Shown in pieces: positions 25,601-34,600 of a stretch of DNA of 64,000 nt. The DNA comes from Isurus oxyrinchus. Taxonomy: Eukaryota. The notes beneath the pieces are model-generated. The model saw only the letters and a program-made list of their open reading frames with translations, had not been told where the DNA came from and made no database searches. The number at the start of each line of letters is the position of its first letter. Positions within the stretch are counted from its first letter, which is position 1. A program made the position numbers and the translations under genes. The DNA lies in the NCBI GenBank assembly GCA_026770705.1, contig JANJGN010000009.1:163928001-163992000 (forward strand). Direction: 5' to 3'.

Positions 25601-28600
25601 GTAACCCCAAGATCAGGAATTCAAATCTCACAATGGCAAAATATGAAACAATGTAACTTGATCTGAATAGGAACAGATGGAAATGTGTTTGTACTCAAAA
25701 GAGTTACATTTCCTCAACTCTCGAGGCCTTCCGTGCTCAGTGGGGACTGGGGTGCTTTATTGACCCCTTTTAGCACTTTTTGGTTTAAAGTTGTAAGTTT
25801 CCTTTAAACTTCGTTCTTGGTTTTACAGCTGACCTAAATTAGGGGCTGTCCCTTATTTATCCTAATTTTGTAAATTTAGTTTAATTGTTTTGACTCTATA
25901 AGAGTTACATCTCCTCAACCCCCGTAATATGAGCCGCCTCGGGGACATGTTCTCTGTGCCATTTGGCACAGCAAAGAGGAGCTTTTTGTACGGACTGCTG
26001 CTGCACATCTTCCATTTTCTCGCCCTTCTCCGCCGCCTGGATATGCCCTGGCATGCCTTGTTGCCTTCCGGCAGCGGAGGCCCCCGATGGGAGGCCCTCT
26101 GAGGAGGTGTCCTCCCCCTTTCTATCGGGGACCTGGGTTCGAGGGTGTTGCATGCAGCAGTCCCCTATAATAGGAGAATTCATAGGTTCACGGACTCCCA
26201 AGACACATGCCCTTTTCGTGGTCTTGTGGAGTCCGTGGACCATGCATACATAGGGTGTGGTAGGTTGCACTCCCTTTTCAGTTACTTGATGAACCTTTTG
26301 TTAATGTTTTGTTTGCACTTCAGCCCCACGCTCCTGATCTATGGACACCCGGTGCGGAAGGGGGTCGGAAAGGAGGAGGACCTCCTCGTGAACCTGCTCC
26401 TGGGCCTGGCCAAGTTGGCCATTAACAGGTCCAGGCAGCAGGCGATCGAAGGGGGAGTCCCGCCCAATTATTTATCCCTCTTCCGCGGCTACGGTCGCAG
26501 CCGGATGTCCCTGGAAAGGGAGCATGCGGTGTCTGCCGGCACTCTCGAACCCTTCCGTGCTCGGTGGGCACCGCGGGGACTGGGGTGTTTTGTTGACCTC
26601 TTTTATCACATTTTGGTTTAAAGTTGTAAGTTTCCTTCAAACTTTGTTCTTGGTTTTACAGCTGACCTGAATTAGGGGCTGTGCCTGATTTATCCCAATT
26701 TTGTTAATTTAGTTTAATTGCTTTGACTCTATAAGAGTTACATCTCCTCAACTCTCGAGACCTTCTGTGCTCGATGGGTGACCACGGGGGTTGGGGTGCT
26801 TTATCCAGCCTCTTAATCACATTTTGGTTTGATGTTGTAAGTTTCCTTTAAATCCTGTCTTTGGTTTTGCAGTGACCCTAACTTAGGGGCTGCGTTTTAT
26901 TTTGTTCCTCATTTTGTTAATTTAGTTTATTTGTTTGGCTTTAAAAGAGCTACATCTTCTCAACTTTCCTAATCCTCCCGCTACATCTTGGTGCTCCGCA
27001 GACATCCAGAGTGGAAGTAAAGACAGTCTGCTGACTGCTATGCTCTGTCTGTGATAACTTTGGCGGGCGTCCTCTGGAGGCCTGAGGCCTGGAGGGCCCC
27101 GGCTTCCTTTCGAGGTCCTGCTGTGTGGCATTACCACCCTCCTTGGCCTGTGGACCTGGAGCTGTCAAGGTCACAGTAAGAGGGGAGTTACCAGGATGAA
27201 TGGCCCCGGAGGGTACACATGTTGATCCTTCTCGCTATTGGCTGAATTAGCGAGCAGCAGGGGTAGCTGAAGTGAGATTGAGCTGCCCGCACCCCTCTCT
27301 CATACACACTGTCAGGGGCCAACTATACATCAGCAATGGAGTTCAGCCCCACAGCAGTGTAGGAACGGTGCCCTGGACCAACATCTCCAAGGCACCTACG
27401 ATCCTACCAGTGTTGACCTTGGTGCATTGACATGCCAGCGCTATCACCTCAGAGTGCAGGTGGATGGATTCCTCCATATTAACTGAAAATTTTATTTAAA
27501 AAGAGAGAAGGTCACCATCTAATCCTTTATTAACTGTGTTTAATTGTATGCAGTGGTAGCATTAAACAGATGTCTTCAGGTCTGGGCCTTGTACACACTG
27601 TCTCCTGGGAGTTCTGACCAGCTACCCTGCTGTCTTCAGGGAGATCTGGCCAACCATCCTGCTGTGTTCTGGGAGATCTAAGCAGCTACCCCCTCACATA
27701 GGCTTCAGTATTCCCTTAAATGTGTTTCTTCTCTTTCATCTCTCTTTGTTGCAACCAGTCTGAAAAGAAATGCTTTTCTTCAAAGGATTGATTAAATCAA
27801 TCTTTACCTCTTAGACTTGTAAAAACAAACTTACTCTATGTTTATGTCACGTCCTTACACCTTTTTACAACCTGCATATATCTCCCTTTGAACTAAAACA
27901 ACACAATTCAAACTATTTCTGTTATTGCTTCATGTACAAGTCTGTTGTAGTTCTTTTTTGTTTATTAACATATCAAAACCACTTCAAATTGTTGACTTTT
28001 GACCCTATCCACTGATGAGGCAGTCCATGTCATGGAACCATAACCTTAAATCTGGAGATAGGCTCGTCAGGGATGTCAGGAATCACTTCTTCACGCAAAG
28101 TATAGCGGAAATCAGGAACACTCTCCTCAAAAAAGCTCTTGAACTTAAATGAAAATTTCAAAACTGATTGACAGATTTTATCTGGTAGCAATATTCGGGT
28201 TATGGGACCCCGGTAGGTAAATGGACAGAAGATACTGGTCAGTTGGGATTTAATTGAATTGTGGAACAGGCTGAAGGGGCTGCATGTCCGAATCCCTTTT
28301 CCATGTTCTGGAGCCCCAGTTAATTTTTCAGTGGTCTGGGCCTTGTGAGTAACAATGTGCTGTGAAACAAGCTCACAAACAGTTAGCATTTCAAAGAGAC
28401 ACTTTCCAATCACCAGGCAAACTGTGACCTGTGTTGTTTCAGAGTACAGTTTGTGACAGTGAAAGCAGTGAAGGCCTGCCAAACCTCATTAAAATCAAGT
28501 TCTGTCGAAGGGTCATGAGGACTCGAAACGTCAACTCTTTTCTTCTCCATCGATGCTGCCAGACCTGCTGAGTTTTTCCAGGTAATTCTGTTTTTGTTTT

Positions 28601-31600
28601 GGATTTCCAGCATCCGCAGTTTTCTTTGTTTTTATCTCATTAAAATGTTGGTGAAATTGTCACTTTTCTCTGGCTAATCCCTTGACCAAAGAGGGAATTT
28701 TAATTCCCCTCCCCCATCCTGCATCGTGTTGAGGCATGATGGGATTTGCTGGATCCAGAACCTTCTCCAGCACGGCTTGTGATCCAGGAGACACACGAAA
28801 GCTTCACCCCCACCCCCAGGCAAATGTTTTATACAATTTCTCCCTCCCCATGATTGGCCAATCCTGCCCCAAGCAGCAAAGTCACCCTGACTCCCTCCTC
28901 GCTGTTGTGCTCCGAGGCAACATTCCCACCAATTTCCAAACTTTTACCATAACGTTCCTACTTGGAAACCAGCCAAACATTCAATCAGTGTGCAAGAATT
29001 CTGGTGAGATTTTGCTGTTAAATTCGGCACAAACTCAACATTCCTGGTATTTCCAGCTTTCTCACCACCCCACGCACAGTCCCCCCTCTCGTCTCCACGT
29101 ACCAGGGTTGAAGTGTTCTATCGCAGCATGCAGAGAACCAGAGCCAATCACATTTACATTCTTATCCAAAGCTACAAAACATGTAACCGATATCTGACAA
29201 CATTTTGCCCTCATTTTACCCTTTGCTTTTCTAAGATTCTCTCCAACCAATTCACATTCAACTCACAAACAATGAAACAGCATTGGAGGCTCACTACCAG
29301 CTACGAAGAGATATTGTTCACCATGATATTCATGTTAACATACTCTCAGTATCATAGCTGCTGTTCTGATCTGGAGACCTGATATGTTCTGATATAATGG
29401 CTGAAAGGGTAACTCAGGCCTCTAAGAGGATGGAGAGATATGGGGATGGATTTTTAAAAAGTATGGTGTCAGGATTAGAGATGGGTGGGTGTGAAATTTG
29501 ACACCGCTGGTCTCCATGCCAATTTACTGTTACAATCCCAAGCCCGAAACATTTAGAAAGCAGGCGGCTTGCAGTCAAGTGGTGGGCAGCTAACTTAGGA
29601 AATAACATTTACCAAAGGGGCCAATTAAAGACCCATTCCTGCGCCCACTGGGATTTCATTCAGCAATGCAAGCAGACCACATTACCCCTTCAGGATCATG
29701 GCCCGGCAGCTGCCGGGTTTTGAAACATAAAATAAACTTACCTGGACTTTCCCCTTGCTGTCTCCATGCTCAGGTCAGCAACTCCCACCTCACCTGGTGA
29801 GGCCCTCTAGCATCAGGAGCCCGCCCACTGTCCCTGATTGGATGGTGAGCCAGTTCCAGTCTTTTGATTGGCAAGAACATTGAAAATTGCAGTGGGCATG
29901 CCTAAAGAATGGTGAATGGTGTCAGGACCTGAAACTATCTCCCATGTCCAGTTCCCAAACCCAAATTTAACATCCACCCCATAGAGTGGTAGATGTGTTG
30001 GTGAGATTCCAACATGGCAGAGCCTGGCTGAGATGAAGTGCAAAGTTTGAAGAGTATTTGATTATTAAATGTTCAGTATCTGAATGTTTCTTTCTTTCCA
30101 ACAGAACCCGTGTCTGTTCCTGTGCTTAGATTTTCATCACCAGCAAATGTCTCATGTTCTGGGGGTTCAGTGTCCGTCTCCTGTGAGTCTGTCCAGGGAT
30201 CCCTTCCCATTCAGTACACATGGTATGAAAAGAACCTGTCTGAAGATTCAAAGATCTCTGACACCAATAAACTGGATCTACATTGTCAATCCTTCAAACA
30301 GCAACATCATCAATATTACTGCACAGCCTCAAATAATCAGGGAGTAAAATCCAGTGACACTGTCACTGTTAACTCAACACTCATGAATGTAACAACGAAA
30401 AGCTACAGTTATGTGATACAAATTGGAAACATTGGTAAGTGTTACTTTCTACAAACAACGTGGCGAATGAATGTTTAAAATTCATGTCTATCCAAACTGG
30501 TCACTGTTTCAGTTCCTTCAGTTTATCTGAGAAATTGCAGCTGGCCAAATTCACTCTCTCTGGTTCCTCAAACATTCTGAACAAGGTCACTAAGTTGCAT
30601 TTTTCATGAAAAATGGACAGGATCAGAAAATATCCCCAAAACATGCAAAAATATTGCAGAATCTCCAATAAACCCATCGAATCAAAATAGCATTTGATTG
30701 ACAGAGCTTTCATAAAGCAATTTGTCTATTTCCAGCAGATGGAATTGTGAAATGCAACCTCCAACTGTTGTGTCCTAGTTTGGGAAGGATATCACTGATA
30801 GAATAGAGAAGAATTGAATTAAAATGAACCCTTGGACGAGAGGTTTTAGTCATGAGGAAAGTATCATCACAACTGAGGTGAATGACCAGCTGGAGGACGT
30901 GGAAATTGTTAGAAATTTGGATAAGATAACTCTAACTATTTCCACTAGTCAGTGAGTCAGCAACAAGAGAGCATTAACTTTAAAATTATCACTAAAAGGA
31001 CAAAGGGAGAAATTTGGAGAATTTTATTGATGCAAACTGTTTTTAGGACATGGAATGCCCAACTGAAAGAAGTTTACAAACAAATTTAATAATAGATTTT
31101 AAAAGGGAAACAAATGTATGAGGGTGTGGGAAAAGGACAATGAAATGGAATTAAATGAGGAGATCATTCAGAGAACCAGCATTGGAGCGATGGGCTGAAT
31201 TCCCTCCCCTGTGTTGTAAAAATTCCATCATTCCAGACAAAATCTCAACTTATCCTGTCTAAAAAATTAACTATTCCCTCCCCATAAAACAATGACCCTG
31301 GTTCTGACATAAGGAGGACTTTAGCCTATTTGAATGTAGCGGTTCAATTTTCTGCAGAGTGGGTGCAGCATGTTCACCGAGAAACACCAACATGGGCACA
31401 AAACAAAGAGAATCACATTTTCACCTGAGCAGCAGGAGACAGGAATTTACATATGCAAATATATTGACTCTGGTCATGTGGTCTCTTGCCTCAGTTGTCA
31501 GGGAAGAAGGGTGGAATTTTACACCCCCATTGCGCCAGGGACTGGGCTGTAAAATGCAGCCAGCCATTCTAAACTCCATGCACTCCAGCAGGACCATAAA

Positions 31601-34600
31601 ATCCCACTGTCACAAGGCTCTGAGCAAAGGCTGTCAGCAGCAGGTAGAAATTACACCTGTAAACTGTGTTTGTACTGGAGTTGTCAGCAGGGACTCAGTT
31701 GCACTCTGACCTTTGATGCCAGTCTTTTGTAGTTACAAGTTCCCCTTAAGAGTTAAAATTCGGGCTGATACCATGATCCAGCACTGAGGTAGTGCTATAC
31801 TGGTGGTGGTGCTGCTGTGTAGATGAGGTGTTAAACTGAGGATCCACATCCCCGTTAGGTAGATGTAAACATTTCCAGGGTATTATTCACAGAATAGGGA
31901 AGTTCTCCTGGTGTCCTTGAAGCCTTTATTCCTCAACCAATACACACAAATAGGGAGCAGGAGCAGGGTATTTGGTCTTTTGAGCCTGTTAATGTCACTA
32001 CAAAACAGATCATCTAGTGAATGTTTTACTGATGTTTGTGGGCCTTTGCTGTGTACGAATTAACTTTCACGTTTCTTGATATTAAAACTGTGGCTTTACT
32101 TCAAAAAAGTACTTCATAGGCTCTGAAGCACTTTGGGATATCCCAAGGTTGTGAAAGGTGATGAATCAACACACATTGTTTCTTACTTTTTGAAACAAAT
32201 GATTTATTAAAATACATCTGAACCAATTATCTGAGTGCAAACGGCAGGGGGGAGGGGGAGGGAGGAGCCAGTCCCAGCAGCAAGGTGGGTCATTATAATT
32301 AAATGGACAGAAAATCACTGGCAGGTTTGAGACATTCATGGTCTGTTGGTGAAGATTCTCATCTTTACTGCAAGCTCAGAAAACTGCCCCCAAAGGGCAG
32401 AAAGTGACCATTGCCAGTATTAGGATGTGACTGTTTAATGTGTTCACATGAAATTCATGTAATGAAAGTGTATCTCTGGATTGTAGTCCACCAACCTGAG
32501 CCCTTAACTGGCCCACTAGTAACTCTGTCCCACCAACTCTCAGATATAGTAAAGAAAGTGGAATTACCAGTAAAGATAGATCACCACCAAGTATCTGCGA
32601 CCTCTCCACTTGTGACCAGAGAGGGGTAAATTACACAGAAATCAATTCTACCAGCCAGGCTTTTCCTCAATTAATGAGGTTCCATTTGACAATGATGCTC
32701 TTTCAGTTGACTACAAGTGAAAATGAGCTGAATCTGAGTGTTATTCTTTTGCTTCCACAGGACCTGAGTATTTTTGTGATGTTTCTACAACAGTATCACC
32801 AACTACACATTTGACAAGTACAGATATAATTTCCACTACCATTCGATCCACACCTTCAGATCCCGAAAATGCTGAAAGGTACAATGTTCTCATGGATTGG
32901 CACTGCTTCCATATGTGAGAGATACGATTGGCCAAAGGAGTGAAAGTTGTTCATTAATTTGGAAAGTAGCTCATCAGAATGGAAATGGTGGCTGGGTTTA
33001 TATCATGCTGTTGTGTTAGCTTCTTAATGAGGGTGCATTTTTCTGTTGGAAAATACAAGCAAGGAGTGAGCTTTTCCATTGTGTTGCTGCTCAGATGGTG
33101 TTTTTTGCCTTATTCACCTTGATTACTTCACCGCTAAGGTAATCTCACAGTGTGTGAGGAGTTGTACTTGTCAAACTTACCTTGCTGCTGTCTACACTGA
33201 CAGAGTAGCTGTATTTGGGCTGATGAAAAGGAAGAATTAGCGTGATATATCTGCACATCCTTTGGTTTCACTAATGAGAGACATCTTGCAGCTCTCGGCC
33301 CGTTTCCATATTATAAACCTAAGCTGTTGACAATAAGTAGCAGAAATTGTAGTCCGATGTAAACACTCAGGAATCGGGTCTTTGAAGTTACAATGGTGAT
33401 AAAGAGAAAACGCCAACTAAATGTCAAACAGAAAGAGGGACAGTTGGAAATGGACAGCAGGTATGTCCGCAGCTGTGGAGAAAATAAACACGTTCATGGT
33501 TTGGGTGCAGACACTTCTTCAGAATTCTAGTCCACACACGAAGTGAAACAGGTCCACTCACCCCACAGATCCCAACTGAGCTGCTGAATGTTTCCAGAAT
33601 ATTCTGTTTTCCATTCATATTTCTAGCACATGCAGTGCACTTACTTTTATCCAGATTATTGTCAATGATTTAAGAAGTATAGAAAGTATCTGATTTTTAT
33701 TTTAAGACAAATCTCTATGTCTGCTCTGTTGTATAAAGTTGACAACAAAGATCATCTGAATATGAAATCCATATATGTATGAAACAGTTATTACTTCCAC
33801 TTTTTTCAGGGAACATCAGGTATTCTTGCATTTGGATTTTAATAATTAAAACTGACTCAGTATTAAACAAGGCTCAGTGGTAACACACTCACCTTACATG
33901 TCAAAGGCTGTGGGTTCACTTCCACTCCAGAGACCTCAGCACATTATCTTGGCTGACACTCCAGTGCACTACTGAGGGAGTGCTGTGCTGTTGGAGGTGC
34001 CACCTCTCAGATGTGATACACCCAAGGCCCATCTGCTCTCTCAGGTGGGTGTAACAGATCCCATAGTGACATTCATAGAAGAGCAGGGCAGTTCTCCCTC
34101 GAGACCTGGGCAACATCACTAAAAAAAACAAATTATTTGTTCATCCAACTAATTGCTATTTGTGGGAGCATGCTGTGTGCAAATTGAGTGCCACATTTGC
34201 CAAATTACCACAGTTACACTGCATTAAAAATATTCATTGCTTGTAAAGTGCTTTGGGATGTCCTGAGGTCATGAAAGCCACTTTATAAATATCTACCTTT
34301 AAATATTTCTTTAAACAAATGGCCAATAATCAATTGTGAACCAACACTGTCCCTTGTCTATTCTCTGTTTCACAGTCTGATTTACATTGTGCTCGGAGTG
34401 CTGGGGGGCATTCTTGTGGTGTTTGCTGTTTCTCTACTTCTGTACCTGAGGCAAATCAACAAGGGTGAGTTTTTATTTCTCTTTAATCATTTTATTATAT
34501 GGCAATAATTTGCTGCAGAAGGAAAGAATATACAGTTTGTTGGATCAATCAACAATCACCCATGACCCTAGTATTCTCATTCTGGTCTACACATATTGAA

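Larger units (their letters stand above)
25351..27476 (-). mobile_element. Harbinger fragment (same family as 4308-7337) hosting stacked Tx1/SINE insertions
   Basis: Homologous to about 5140-5930; Myb-gene C-terminus APRCSGRIRKVEKM*. Confidence 0.8.
9440..27570 (+). repeat. Segmental duplication copy A (homologous to about 51850-63925)
   Basis: Colinear near-identity covering the minisatellite flank, CR1, Gypsy relic, exons 1-2 and Harbinger relics, with copy-specific indels. Confidence 0.95.

Noticed and set aside
25566-25638. Functional tRNA-Thr(TGT) gene
   Set aside because: Acceptor, anticodon and T stems pair poorly, and it is an insertion at a retrotransposon target; treated as a SINE head.
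25705-26964. CRISPR-like array (short repeat with variable spacers)
   Set aside because: Vertebrate DNA; the spacers are 190-820 nt homologous Tx1 3' ends and the repeat is a target-site duplication.
33810-33819. Micro-exon GGAACATCAG with a good acceptor and GT
   Set aside because: A 10-nt exon would shift the TM exon out of frame; exons 4 and 5 already join in phase.
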